From Vicugna vicugna (lineage: Eukaryota), in assembly GCA_013265495.1 (NCBI GenBank), contig MU057487.1, forward strand, positions 434,001-498,000: a stretch of DNA of 64,000 nt, read 5' to 3'. Below, in pieces: positions 37,225-51,149 of this stretch (positions are counted from its first letter, which is position 1; every line of letters begins with the position of its first letter). A program made the translations under genes and the position numbers. Below the pieces are notes generated by a model that was not told the DNA's origin, searched no databases, and saw only the letters and a program-made list of their open reading frames with translations.

Positions 37225-37460
37225 GGTGGTTTTCAAGCTATCATAGGCTCAATAGATGGGTGACCAGCCATAAAAATTTTTGAAAATAATAGAATAGAAA
37301 ATACCAGTGCCCAACATGTAATAAATATGAAGTATTGCTTTCAGGAAATATTAGCATGTCATATATTGTAAAGATTAAGTATTGTTTTATAATATGTTTG
37401 TTCAATTTTATGTGGGTCCATAGTGGGTAAGTATATTTCTTATAAAATTTTGGTAAAAAG
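37225..37460. mobile_element. hAT-Charlie-type MER
   Basis: GTGGTTTTCAA...GTGACCAGC...AATAGAATAGAAAATA.CAG. Confidence 0.45.
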
Positions 37461-38152
37461 TAAGTTATGAATAATGATCTAAAAAGAAAAGGAATTCATA
37501 TTAATAGCAAGTGAGGGGTTTTCTTTGGGGAAGAATAAAATTGAAAGTTTGCAAATTCTATCTCCTTTGCTAAAACTTGAGCAAATTCTACTTTGTTTAC
37601 AAATACTTTCATGAAAATGAAATTTGTCATTGTTGCTGTTGTGTGTATGTGTGTACACAGGCACCTGCACACACACACAAGAGTATGTAGGTGAAATATT
37701 ATAAACAGGGAGGGTTTCAAGAAAGTAGGAAAAAATCATTTATGATACATATAGGAAATATATATTCATTTTTAAGTGTCTTTCATATATCCATATATAA
37801 TGGATACTGCATTTAAATTTTTGGATACATATATTATCCTGAGGTCAGAAACTAATAAAATTCAAATAGTTATATGAGGAAGGGAAAGGAACATAGATAC
37901 AGATAGTTACTTCATTAAATTTTCAATTTGATATTCAATTCCCTCAACTGAAATGAAATGTATAATTAATTGAATGTGTAATATCAGGTCCAATGCTAAA
38001 AGACATTTTATTTTTAATAAAATTTTCAACATTTACTCAATTTTAATGCCCTATCAGAAAGATTTTTTCAGAGTATATTTTTTATAATTAACAATACTGT
38101 ATTATATATTGAAAGTTGCTAAGAGGATAGAGTTTTTATCATCTATTGAAAA

Positions 38153-40812
38153 GTTGAAGTATAATTGACTTATAGTATTATATTGGTTCTATGTGTACAA
38201 CGTAGTGATTTGATATTTTTCTACACTACAAATTGGTAACCACAATAAATTAGTTACCATATGTCACATACAAAATTATTACTGTATTGTGAACCACACT
38301 CCCAGTGCTGCACATCGCATCCTCATAACTTACCTGTTTCATAGCTGCTCAAGTTTATACCTGTTAATCTCCCTTTCATATTTCACTCATTTCCCCACCT
38401 CCTTTCCTGGAAACTACCAGTTTGTTCTCTGTTTCTATGAGTCTGTTTCTATTTTGTAATGTTTGTTTTGTTTTTCTAGATTCCACATAAAAATGAAATC
38501 ACACAATAGTTGTATTTCTCTGTCTGACTTATTTCGCTTAGCATAATAATCTCTAAGTCCATCCATGTTGTTGAAGATGGCAAAATTTCATTATGTTTAA
38601 GGATGAATGATATTTCATTATATATATATATTCTTTATGCATTTGTCTATCGATGGACACTTAGTTTGCTTCCATGTACTGACTGTTGTAAATAATGCTG
38701 CAATGAACATTAAGAGTGTACATATCTTTTGGAATTAGTATTTTTGTTTTCTTTGGAGAAAATACCCAGTGAAATTGCTGAATCATATGGTAGTTTTATT
38801 TTTGATTTTTTGAGTAACCTTTGTACTGTTTTCTGTAGTGGCTCTACCAATTTACATCCCAATAATAGTTCACAAGGGCTCCCTTTTCTTCCCACCATCG
38901 TCAACACTTGCTATTTGTTGCCTTTTGATAATAGCCATCTGACAGGTTTTAGGTGATATCTCGTTGTAGTTTTAATTTGCATTTCCTTGATGATTAGTAA
39001 TGCTAAGAATCTTTTCATGTATCTGGTGGCCATCTGTACGTCTTTTTTGGGAAAATGTCTATTCAGGTTCTCTGCTCATTTTTTGAGTTGTTAGTGTTTT
39101 GATGTTGAATTATGAGTGTTTGGTACATTTTGGACATTAATCCCTTATCATATATGTAGTTTGCAAATATCTTTTATTCAGTAGGCTGCTTTTTTTTTGT
39201 TTTGTTGATAGTTTCCTATGCTGTGCTAAAGCTTTTGATCTGCTTATTTTTGCTTTTGTTTCTCTTGTCTGAGAATATGTATCTAGAAAGATATTGCTAA
39301 GACTGATGTCAAAGAGCATACTGCCTGTGTTTTCTTTCTGGGGTATAATGGCTTAAGGTCTTAAATTCAAGTCCTTAATCCATTTTGAGTTTATTTTTGT
39401 ATATCGTGTGAGAAAGTAGTCCAGTTTGGTTATTTTGCATGTATGTAGCTGCCCAGTTTTCCCAGCACCATTTATTGAATAGGTTGTCTTTTCCGCATTG
39501 TCTAGACTTGCCTCCTTTGTCATAGAGTAATTGACCATATAAATGTGGGTTTATTTCTGGCCTCTCTTTTCTGGTCCATTGATCTATGTGTCTATTTTGT
39601 GCCAGTTTCATAGTGTTGAAATTACTTTGGTTTTGTAGTATAATTTGAAATTAGGGAGCCAGATACCTCCAGCTTTGTTCTTTCTCAAGGTTATTTTGGC
39701 TACTTGGAGTCTTTTGTATTCCATACAAACTTTAGGGTTATTTGTTCTGGTTCTGAGAAAAATGCCATTTGTATTTTGATAGGGATTGCCCCAAGTCTGT
39801 AGATCGCCTTGGGTAATATGATCATTTTAACAATATTAATTCTTCCAATCCTTGGGTATGTTATATCTTTCCATTTGTTTGTATCACCTTCAATTTCTTT
39901 CATCACTGTCTTACATTTTTCTGTGTATAGGTCTTTTATCTCCTTGCTTATATTTATTCCTAGATATTTTGTTCTCTTTTATGCAATTGTAAATGTGATT
40001 GTTTTCTTAATTTCTATTTCTGAGAGTTTGTTTTTAGTGTATAAAAACACAACAAATTTCTGTATATTAATTTTGTATCCTATAACTTTGCTGAATTCAT
40101 TTATTAGTTCTAATAGCTTTTTGGTGGTAGCTTTAGGATTATCTATACATGATATCATGTCATCTGTAAACAGGGACAGTTTTACTTCTTCTTTTCCAAT
40201 TTGGATTTCTTTCTTTTTTTTTTTCTTGTCTATTTGCTGTGGCTAGGACTTTCAATATTATGTTGAATAAAAGTGGTGAGAGTGGGCTTCCTTGTCTTGT
40301 TCCTCATCTTAGAAGAAATGCTTTTAGCTTTTCAATTTGAGATTGGTGATGTACCTTTGTCATATATGGCCTTTATTACATTGAGGTATGTTCTCTCTGT
40401 ACCCACTTTATTGAGAGTTTTTATTATGAATGGATGTTGAATTTTGTTAAAAGCTTTTTCTGGTCTATTGAGATCATCATATGATTTTTGTTCTTCAATT
40501 TGTTAATGTGGTATTTCACATGGATTGATTTGCTTCTGGATATTGAACTATCCTTGCATCCCTGGGATAAATCTCACTTTTTTGTTGAAGATTTTTGTGT
40601 CTATATTCATCAGTGTATTGGCCTATATTTTTTTCTGTGGTATCTTTGTCTGCTTTTGGTATCAATGTGGTGCTGGCCTCTTAGAATCAGTTTGGAAATA
40701 ATTCCTTTTCAATTTTTTTTTGAAATAGTTTGCAAATGATACAAGTTAACTCTTTCTTAAATGTTTGGTATAATTCACTTGTAAAGCCATCTCATCCTGG
40801 ACTTTTGTTTGT
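38153..40812 (-). mobile_element. L1 (L1MA-derived) 2.7-kb 3' fragment with disrupted ORF2
   Basis: Minus ORFs: [78 protein letters not shown]. Confidence 0.95.
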
Positions 40813-42929
40813 TTAAAAAAACTCACAACAAACAAAAGTATTTTCTTAAAATTATTGAAACTTGGACAAAGAATTTCATTCCTTCCAATGGCAAGAAACC
40901 TTTAATTGAAGGAAACCTTAAAAAATCACCTACACAGCAACCTTGGAAAATTTCATTTTTATCATTAATATCACTAAAATATACTTACACAAAAATAATT
41001 TTTATAGCAGAAAGACAAAGCAATCCCACTTTCTTGGAACCACCCTCTTTATCACAAGTGGATCACCTCTTTCTGTCATATGTTTTATACACTACATTAA
41101 AATAAATCACACTGCAATGCACTGTGATTCTAGGCTTACATATATAATCTCTGTATAGAACATGCACAATCTGATATACTTCTATATATATTATATCCAT
41201 TATAACCCATGTTCAACCACAGAAAAGTGAGTCTTTTACATTTTAAATGTCATGAAGATCATAGTTAGCTGTTTTGATGCATTTTAGCTATATCCTTACG
41301 GTCCAGGCATATAGTGTAGGTTCCTAACATTATGGAAGATCCATTTTAAGGGTGATAAATAACCCTAATATCTTCATTACATATGAATAGTTTAGGCCTG
41401 CCAGAAATCCAGCTGTGTTGCCACAGAATCTTCATTGGCCTAGATGTGATGTCATCACCCAACAAAGCTAAAATTAAACCATTTTATTATAAATTGTTAA
41501 TACAAATAAATTCGAATCATCTAATTATTGGTTACAGATAACACTTCCCCAGTGCTTTACTCTAAGGTGTTAAAAAAAACATTAAATATGATTGGTCAGT
41601 AATGAAATACCACAGGTTTGGGGGGGCACTTGTTAGAATGATGAAATTTATTATATTTTTAAAAACAATGAAGCAAATGACTTCTGAAAATATATTCTTG
41701 AGACAAAATTATCTTAATGATGTTTAAAAGTGCTAAGTACAACTTTCTAAATAGGTCCTATGCTTCTCATTTTCATGACAGAAGGGGCTTGTAGCCATTA
41801 TGTTCAAAGAGCAAAACTCAGAGGGTGCCATCATAAAGTGACTTTATTTTTCTATACAACACTCCCTTTAATGTTGCAATAAAGGATGATAATTTGCCTT
41901 CTTCCTTTAAATGATATGCAGGGTAGGTTTCATAGCTTATATAATAGAAAGTCCCATGTTCACTTCTCATCACAAAAGTCTCTGTTCAATAATTAATATG
42001 TCTGATCCAGTGTAATAATAAACAACTTTGAATTTTGACTATACTTAAAACTTTTGCTTTACCTTAAAGAGAATCTTGTAAAGTTAGGTGTCTAAAACCT
42101 GACTGAGGAAGGGTTTAGACAGCTTTTTCCTCTGCAAGCAGTATCTCCTCAACCAATAACTACTGCTTGGGATGGGAGGAAGGGAGGGAGGGAAAACAGA
42201 ACAGAATGAAAACAACTCTTATTTGACTGATACTGTTGAGTTAGTGTCAAACCTCTGGAGGGCTACCAGAGGTAAAAGGTGATATTCACTCTTGGGGCAC
42301 TTTCGTGGGTTCTATGGAGACCTTCACCCTGCTCCTCCTTCCCCCAGTCACAGAGATGCATCTTCTCCAACTGGTTGCTTGTTTCCTCTATCATCCCTGG
42401 GCATCTAGAAACTTCCAATTTCTCTCTGCTAAGATCTCCTTAGCCCTCAAAGTAGTGCTCCTGGGAAGGCCCAAGAAAAATACAGCCTTGTTTTCTCTTT
42501 TATATAACCAATATCTGGTCCATGGTGCCTTTGACTCATTATGAGTGGGAGTGCAACTTTCTTGTTTCAGCTCCTTTACAGGAAGCTCCAGCCTTTTACC
42601 TGTTGGATGTCTCAAATGGGGTATCTAACGTGATCCAGGGACATATATTGAACTCTCCTGTAGTTTCCTTCAAGTCATATCACTAGTTTAGGAGAAAGAG
42701 CAGGAAGGTGGGGGAGGTACTCACAGTATAATAGTCTCCAGAAAACTCCTCCTCCTGATGTTCAATTTTTTTCCAGGCAATTCAACTTCAACCATATCAG
42801 ACTCATAATGTAAGAGAAAGGTAAGGGTAACAGAGTTGGTTTTATTTTTCCCTTGTCAAGAGCATTGAGGTAGCCACCAGTTATAGCTAGGCATATTATT
42901 TATTTTACCTCCATATCTAATAACAATAA

Positions 42930-43165
42930 CAATGTTGTCTATCATTTATTGCACAATTGCAAAGTGCCAAGCAGTATGCTAAGTGCCTTAATATGTTACT
43001 TCACTTAATTCTTCCAGTAATCCTCTGAGCAGTTTTCATTAGCTTCGTTTTATAGATGAGAAAATGAAGACCTAGTGAGGTTGATTAATTTGTCCGAGGT
43101 CACAAAATTAGTAAGTAAAGTAACTTAGATATGATACCAAGTCTTTCTGAATCCAAAGCCCTAGG
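42930..43165 (-). mobile_element. MIR SINE
   Basis: TTTATAGATGAGAAAATGAAG..AGTGAGGTT..TAATTTGTCCGAGGTCACA...TCCAAAGCCC. Confidence 0.85.
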
Positions 43166-43359
43166 ATCATTTTTATACTCAAGTCACAAATTGATTACCT
43201 TATTGGGAACTTAGTTAAATCCTTTTGCTATTCTTTTCCCAAAAAAATAGCAGGAGTGGTATTTAGCAAGATTATATCTTCTACGAAGAAGAAGCAGTGT
43301 TCTGATGTAATTGTCTGTACTGATTACCATCATATTTTGTTTCACTTGGAACAATATTT

Positions 43360-43712
43360 TTCCCTTTTTAATTAGACTATTATTTAGAGTAGTGTTAGTT
43401 TCACAGGAAAATTAAGGAGAAAATACAGTTATATCTCTTCTGTCCTCCCACCCTCAAGCAAAGCCTCTCTCACTGACAACCTATGCTAGACTGGAATATT
43501 TGTTGGGACTGATGAGCCTACATTTACACATCATTATTACCGAATTTTACACTAGTTTGCATTACATGACATTACATCAGTTTATATTCCATAGTTTACA
43601 TTAGTGCTCTTCATTCTATAGATTGTACATTGGTTTTGTATATTCTATGAGTTTTGACAAATGTATAATGACATTTATCCACCATTATGATATCATATAG
43701 AGTAATTTCACA
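43360..43712 (-). mobile_element. L1MC/MD 3' UTR fragment
   Basis: AGACT.TT.TTTAGAG.AGT.TTAG.TTCACAG.AAAATT...TTTTGACAAATGTATAATGACAT.TATCCACCATTAT. Confidence 0.75.
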
Positions 43713-46109
43713 GGAATATTTGTAATGGATATATCTTCAATTTTTGATTCAATAAATAAGCACTAATGAAGCTTAGAATTCTGAAGCCTTAGAGATCACA
43801 TCAACTGAATATGACCTGATCCATGCAAGCTTAATGTTCTACCAACTTACCAGTATTTCTTTGGGGCCAGTCTCAGCAATAAAATGTATCAAATGACCAG
43901 ATATGACAATTGAGTGAACTGCAACCATGGCTTCATATGAAAGGAAACAGAAACATGGGCAGCCTCCTTTAAAAGATGAAGAATTCTTTTATTCTAAAGG
44001 GAGGTCATCTTATGCAGTAGAAAGCACCACACACTCATTGTATCCAAACTGAAATCACTGTGCAAGGAGCTATGCATTGTCATCTATTTTGAAGGTACCA
44101 GACATTTTCTTTGGCAAAACAATTCATTCATTTTTAAAGAAAGTTCTTATGTGCCCATCAGGTTTCAGAGGGCTGCACTTAGAGATTTTTTCTCTTACTG
44201 TTGTCAAGTGAGAACAAGAATAGAAAAACTTAACCTACAAGTTTTTTTCTGACATTATCTCTTGCATAGTAAATAGTACAAAATTTTAGGGCCTAATATA
44301 CATCTGCAAAGCATTTATCAACTGTTGACTAAAATGCAAAACTGTGTTTGGTCTCTTTTGCATTACTTTTTCAGCCCGCATTTTTTGCTGAAGTGGTCTG
44401 ATACTTGACTGGGAATCTGTTTGATTCTTAATAGTGGAATGAGGGTTTTAACTCTGAAGAATACAGTTCTCCTTCAACTGACAACATAAATCAATTTCAT
44501 TACAGGTGCACATAAGAGAACTCAATCATGAGTTTACTGCAGTCTACACCTTGTCAAAGGCTCTCTTGAGATAGATGTCTGATGTTTAACAGTCTACCAA
44601 GCATATGAATTATTAATTCCTGTGACTTCTCCAATTTATCTTTTTATTCAATTACATCACCTATAAATGCATCTCTAAACTTTATTATCTTGGTGGCAAT
44701 CCCATATTCCTATCCTTGCTCTGTTATGATTTCTTACCTTCTACTTCAGCTTTAGTACATGTATTTGTTTATAATTTCTATCTGCCAGTCTAGAAAACTT
44801 ATTCATTATTTAAAAGTTGGGAAAAGAAATTTTAGTATAGGGGTGAGCCTGCAGAGGCACAATAAACATCTTGTCATTGTAAGCTTGCCTCTGTTAGCCC
44901 TTGAAAGGGGAGATCCACTTTAATAGCAGATGAAGGTCAATTCTAAAATTTCATTTATTTTTCGTTTTTGGGAAATTGGGTTCCTGTTACACTAATGAAA
45001 AATGATGGAGTTATAGTTTCAAGGATATGGGCATTATTTCAGATTCATAAAATTTATCCTTATGTTAATTCACATACTTCAATTTTTGATAGACAGTCTT
45101 ATAGCTTACCTGAAAGAGTTTTTAAAATTATAATTGAACCCAGTGTAGCTCTTTTTATAGGAGGTATTTATAATAGACATTTTGCTTTTGTGTGAGTCCT
45201 GAAAATAAGATGAGCTCCACCTTCTGTTACAGGAATCTCAGGGGCCCAGATACTCCTGTTCTCTGTCCCCAACAGAAGGGGGTCAGATAGGGATAACTGA
45301 GGATGATGGACGAGAATCTGAAATGGACTGTTCTGGTGAATGATTATTTGCTGTCTGGCCTCTCTTGACTCCAGCCCATTCCTGAGTCTGTTTTTCAAGT
45401 CTTTTGTTAACATGTGAGCTACCAAATAAACGAAATAAAATACTTTCCTGCTTAATTAGCAGGTCAGATTCAGTTGTTTGCCACCAAAAATCTCTAACTG
45501 ATTTAGCATTTAATAATTCTTTGTGAACTTTGACGTATTAAAGCTGCATATTGAGGAAATCTAGGTACCAGATCACCTAAAATGTTCTTGGAAAGGAATT
45601 CTAGTCTTAAATGAACTTCTAATGATCTGAATAGTATGGCACAGGTCAACATCTCTGGGCACTAGTGGCCTTGTCTATAAAATTAAAAGTGTGACTAGAT
45701 TAGTGACTTTTTTGCCTCTAGGAGCCCTAGGGGTTTATAAGAACTTTCTTTTGGCTACTGAAAGAGAGCAGAGTGAAAGGGGGCATGATCAGGAAGTGCT
45801 GTGAAACTAAATTTCCTCCCTACATTTTACAAAAATTATCCACAGTTATGTTCAGTTTTACTCATTAGGTTTTCTTCAAGATTGATTTTTAATAAAGGAT
45901 CCTTCAATAATTAAAAGAAATGAAATGAAAGATGTCTAAAATGTCTTCTAGATTCTTTATTCTTTGAATCGGTGTTTTGTCCTGGAAATCTCTTCTCCAT
46001 AGTATTGTCCAAAAATAATGAGAGGAAGCAAAGTGTTAAAAGAATAAAAGTACATGCTTTTAATAAAATAACTATCATTTCTAGAGTGCTTATAGTATAC
46101 AAAGACCAG

Positions 46110-46258
46110 TGTTATAAATGCTTTAAATGAATAAATTCATTTAAGATCCTCAACAACCCTGTAAGTTTAGTACTATGCCTAAGACCGTGTAAGTACAGGA
46201 GGTAGAATTTGAAGCCAGGCAGACTTACTCCAGAGCCCAAACTCTTAACTACAAGTCT
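46110..46258 (-). mobile_element. MIR SINE fragment
   Basis: TCATTTAA.ATCCTCAACAACCCTGT...ATTTGAAGCCAGGCAG..TCCAGAGCCCA. Confidence 0.75.
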
Positions 46259-47352
46259 ATACCCTTTCTGCTGGCTGATAAGACATTTGAAACTCAAGGC
46301 AACACATCAGTGGCTTCCATAAATAAATAAATGAATAGGAATCTTGGGAAAGTGTAACAATTCTTATAGTGAAGCTCTATGGGATGCATTTGTCAGATCC
46401 AACATGAATGGGATCACCAGACAAAAAAGTGGTTGAGACATTGTTTTCAGCAGTTTGCATAAATTGTTTCCTGCTAAACTGCTGATATGTAAAAAAGAAA
46501 AAAAAAGTTGATTTAAGGGCATCACTTTAACTCTCTCTCTAATAGCAATGCCAGGTCAATTCTTCTGGCCACGACCTCCAATACTATCTTCAATAAGAGT
46601 GGTGTGAGTGGACAACCTTATCTTGTTCCTAGTCTTAGGAGAACGGATAGATGATTTCAACTAAGAGTTAAAAACTCATATCTAACATTTCAAATAGAAA
46701 TGCTATACATAAAAAACAGGATGACAAGTATTCAGTATCATAATTAAATATAATAGTAGTTGTGGTGGTGTCATATACCTTTATCAGGTTGAGGAAGTTA
46801 TATTTCATTCCTAAGTTTCTTGAGAGTTCTTTCCATATATGAATGTTGAATTTTGTCAAAGCCTTTTTCTGCATCTATGGAAGTGATCATATATTTGTCT
46901 TTTATTCTCTTTCGTTTGTTGATATGGTGAATTACATTGATCATCATTTGAAGACTGAATCAGCCTTACATGTCCATATTATACCCCACTTTGGCCATAA
47001 AATATCTTTTAGATATATTCTTGGTTCGTATTTGCTGATGTTTTATTGAGGTTTCTGCATCTATATCCATTAAAGAAATAGACCTATAATTTTATTTCCT
47101 TTTTGCTGTCAGAATACTCCTAGCCTCATAAAGTAAATTAGAAAGTATTCTCTCCTCTTCAATATTCTGGGACAGTTTTGTAGAATTGGTATTATTTATT
47201 ACTTAAATGTTTGGTAAAATTCACTGGTAAAGCCATCTGGTCCTAGAGTTTTTTTTTTTTCTTCTTTTGAAGCTTATTAACTACAAATCATTACTACAAT
47301 AGAGATTAGACAATTTAGGCTATCTATTGAATGAGTTTAGGCAGTTTGTATC

Positions 47353-47729
47353 TGTACTAGTCTGCTAGGGCTGCCATAGCAATGTATCACACAATGAGTA
47401 GTCTAAACAACTGAAATTTATTATTTTCAGCATTCTGGAGACTAGAAATATGAGGACAAGGTTTTTGCAGAGTTGTTTCTTCTAAAGTTTCTCTCGTTGG
47501 CTTGTAGTGGCTATCTTCTCCCTCTGTCCTCACTTGGCCTTCCCTTGGTCTGTTGTGTTCTGATCTCCTCTTCTTATAAGAACATCACTTATATGTGATT
47601 AGGTCCAACTGTATGACATCATTTTACCTTAGTTACCTCTTTAAAGGCCTCTAAATACAGTCACATTCTAGGTATTTGGGATTAGGACTTCAACATGAAA
47701 TTTGGATGGACACATTTCAGTCCATAATA
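47353..47729 (-). mobile_element. MLT1A-C-type solo LTR nested in L1M
   Basis: TGTACTAGTCTGCTAGGGCTGCCATA...CACATTTCAGTCCATAATA; 5-bp TSD GTATC/GTGTC. Confidence 0.9.
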
Positions 47730-48128
47730 GTGTCATTCAGGGAATTTGTTCAAGGAAGTTGTCCAATTTGTGACTATAAAGTTATTCATAGCATCCCATT
47801 ATTAGTCTTTTTATATTGTAGATGCTGTAGTTATGTCTCACCTTTTATTCTTGATGGTGGCACTTTGTGTCTTTTCTCAATTTAGCCACATGTTTATCAA
47901 TTACATTATCAAAGAAACAGCTGATTGTTTAATTTATTTTCTTTATTGCTTTTCTGTCCTCAATTTCATTGATTTCTGATTTTAGCTAAATTATTTTGTT
48001 CGTACTTATTGTCCTAGGTTCAGTTGGCTTTTGTTATATTTTCCTAAGCTGCAATATTAGATAATTGATTTGAAGTCTTCTTCTCTAATGTAAACGTTTT
48101 AATACTATAAATATTCCTCTAAGCAGTG

Positions 48129-48224
48129 CTTTAACTGCATAGTGGTATGCTGGACTTTAACTGCATAGTGGTATGCTGGATTTTAACTGCATAGTTGTAT
48201 GCTGGACTTTAACTGCATAGTGGT
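48129..48224 (+). repeat. 26-bp minisatellite CTTTAACTGCATAGTGGTATGCTGGA, about 3.7 copies
   Basis: Units at 48129, 48155, 48181 (2 mismatches) and a partial at 48207. Confidence 0.95.
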
Positions 48225-48380
48225 TTATACTGGCTTACAAGAACTGATTGTAGACATCTCTCTTTAACTCCATCTTCTGTGATGTTGACCATGATGGAAA
48301 TAGTCACATCTTGGAAATTGAAAAATACTATAAGACTTTTTTTCCAGAGAGCTGGTCGTTGAACATTTACTACTACACTG
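48140..48380. mobile_element. MER63A-like hAT-Blackjack fossil
   Basis: AGTGGT.TGCTGGA...GA.CTGATTGT..ACATCTC...GAGAGCTGGT.GTT.AACATTTAC..C.ACACTG. Confidence 0.75.
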
Positions 48381-49009
48381 TTGTGTGTGTCCTGTGAATT
48401 TTGGTATGTCATGTTTTGTTTTCACTCAATCCAAAGTATACTCCTATTTTTCTGATTTTCTCTTTGATTCATGAGTTACTTTAAAGGATGTTGTTTAACA
48501 CAGGAGTATGTGAGGAATTTTCCAGCTATCCTTTTATTGTTGATTTCTAGTTTATTTTATTTATAATCCAAAAACATCCTTTGTATAATTTCAGTTCTTT
48601 TAAATTTGTTAGGATTTGCTTAAGGCCTAGAATATAATTTATTTATGGTCCAGAATGTTCTATGTGAACTTGAAGTAATAGTGTATCCAGTTATAGTTGG
48701 GTGGAATAAAAAGGTCAATTAGATTAAGTTGGTTTGTAGTGTAGTTCTGGCCTCCTATATCCTTCTCAGTTTTCTTTTTACCTGTTCTATCATTTTTAAG
48801 GAAGTAAGTGTTAACGTTTCCACCTATGATGGCGAATTTTCTATTCTCCTTTCAATTTTAAGTTTTTGGCTTAATGAATTTTGAGACGTGAAGGTGCATA
48901 CACATATAGGATTGTTATGTTTTCTTTTTTATCATTATGTAATATTGTTCTTTATCTGATTTGTGTGGTAATTTATATAGCTAAATAAACATTCCTTTTT
49001 AATATTTTC

Positions 49010-49365
49010 ATATTTTTTGTTTTACTTTTTTAAAGTGTACAATTCATTAAGTTTTTGGATATTTGCAGAGTTGTGTAGCTATCACCACTTTCTTAATTTC
49101 AGAATATTTTCCATTAACTCAGAAAGAAACCACTCAAAGCATTATGCTAAGTGAAATAAGCCAGAAACCACTCATCCATTAAATCACTCCCCATTATGAC
49201 TAGTTTCTTTCACTTAGCATAATGTTTTCAAGCTTCATCCATGTTGTAGCTTCTATTAGCACATCATTCTTTTTTTTATAAATGAATAATATTTCATGCA
49301 TGAATATACCGCATTTTGTTCATCCATTCATCCATTGATAGATACTTTGGTTGATTCCATTTTTT
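49010..49365 (-). mobile_element. L1MB/MC 3' UTR fragment nested in older L1
   Basis: TTTAAAGTGTACAATTCA...TTCTTTCACTTAGCATAATGTTTTCAAG.TTCATCCATGTTGTAGC. Confidence 0.75.
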
Positions 49366-49857
49366 ATTCTTTTACTTTAAACCCATCTATGTTTTAGCAT
49401 ATAACTGGGTCTTGCTTTTATATCCACCTAGCATTTCTTTTCTTTTAATTAGTTTGTAATGATTGATGCAATCATATTAACATTTATCATCTTCTTCAAT
49501 GGTTTCTGTTTCACTGTTCTTTCTTTCTTATTTCTCCTTTTTCTTTTGAGTTTTTTAATGATACATTTATATCCACTATTGTTTTACTTTTTATATCTAT
49601 TTGGAAGATATTTTTGTGTTTGTTGCCCTTAGGTTTGCAATATTCATCTTATTCAATGAAACTATACCTTCAAATAGCTTTATGTCACTTAATATTTAGT
49701 GTAAGACATAATAACAGTATGCTCCTAATTTCCTCCTCTCATACTTGAATCATTTTTGTCATAAACTTATTTTTATGTATTTTATGAATTCATTGCAATT
49801 TTTTTGCTTTAGACAATTAGTTATCTTTTAAGTAAATTAAAATGATAAAATAATCTT

Positions 49858-50155
49858 TTTTATTGAAGTATAGTTGATTTACAATGTTGTGTTAATTTCT
49901 GGTGTACAGCATAGTGATTCCGTTGTGTATATATACTCCTTTTCATATTCCTTTTCATTATAGGCTATTACAAGGTATTGAATTTTCCTGTGCTATACAG
50001 TAGGACCTTGTTGTTCATCTAGTTTATATATAGTGGTTAGTATCCACAAATCCCGAACTCACTATTTATTTCTCCCCTCCTTCCCCCTTGATAACCGTAA
50101 GTTTGTTTTCTATGTCTGTGAGTCTGTTTTTGTTTTGTAAGTTCATTTGTGTCAT
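49858..50155 (-). mobile_element. Short cetartiodactyl L1 3' end with probable TSD
   Basis: TTTATTGAAGTATAGTTGATTTACAATGTTGTG...CCTGTGCTATACAGTAGGACCTTG; flanks TAAAATAATCTT / TAAAAAATCTT. Confidence 0.9.
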
Positions 50156-51149
50156 TAAAAAATCTTGAGTTCATCTTTATAACTAGTTCTCTTCATTTCT
50201 TTTTATATAACCAAATTTTTCTCTGTCATCTTATTCTTCTGCCTAAAGAACTTCCTTTTATGTCATAGTGCAGGTCTGCTGGCAATGGATTTTCTCACTT
50301 TATTTTTCCAGAGAAATGTCTTCATTTCTCTTTTATTTTTGAAATATATTTTCACTTGATATAATGTTATGGGATGATAGATACTTTTCGTCTTTCAGCA
50401 CTTTAAATTCCATGTTCTGGCTTGCACAATTTATAATGAGAAATATTCTGTAATTCTTATCTTTACTCCTTTTCATGCAATGTGTCTCTATCTGTGAGTG
50501 GTTTTCAGAAGTTTAAATATGAGTTATCTAGGGATTTGTGTGTTTGTTTTTGTTTATTACAGTTGCTGTTTCTGAGTTTCTTGGATTTGTGGTTTGATGT
50601 TTATCATTAATTTTGAAAAATTCTCTGCCATAATGACTTCAAATTAATTTTGGTTCTTTCTGTTTATCTCCTCCTTCTGGAATTCCAATTACCCACATGT
50701 TAGGTCATTTGATATTTTTGCACAGAAAAATTCTGTTTTTCTATTTGTGTTTCAATTTGGCTAATATTTCACCTTCAGCTTCAACTTCCTGATTTCACTT
50801 TAATTTCCAGTCTACTGATGAGCCCATCAGAAACATTTTTTACTTCTGTCACCTTTTTTTATTTGTAACATTTTCATTTGATTGTTCTCTTATAGTTTTC
50901 ACCCTTTTGTTGAAATGATCTATCAGATCACATATGTTATCCTCCTTTTCCACTAGAGCCCTTTACATGTTAATTATAGTTATATTAACTCTCCTGTTTT
51001 AATATTTTGTTTAGGGAGCATAAACTGAGGTAAATAGTATTTTTCCCTGGAAGTGGACATGTTTTTTCTTATTCTAGACCTTTATTATGATGAATAGAGT
51101 CAATCTTGTTAGGACTTTAACTGGGTTTAGGCTTCAAATTCTTCAAATG

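Noticed and set aside
39809..40246. 145-aa hydrophobic ORF resembling a membrane protein
   Set aside because: It is the antisense reading of A-rich L1 ORF2, a well-known artefact.
48129..48224. CRISPR-like array of 26-bp repeats
   Set aside because: Units are head-to-tail with no spacers, no cas genes are present, and the context is mammalian repeats; it is a minisatellite.
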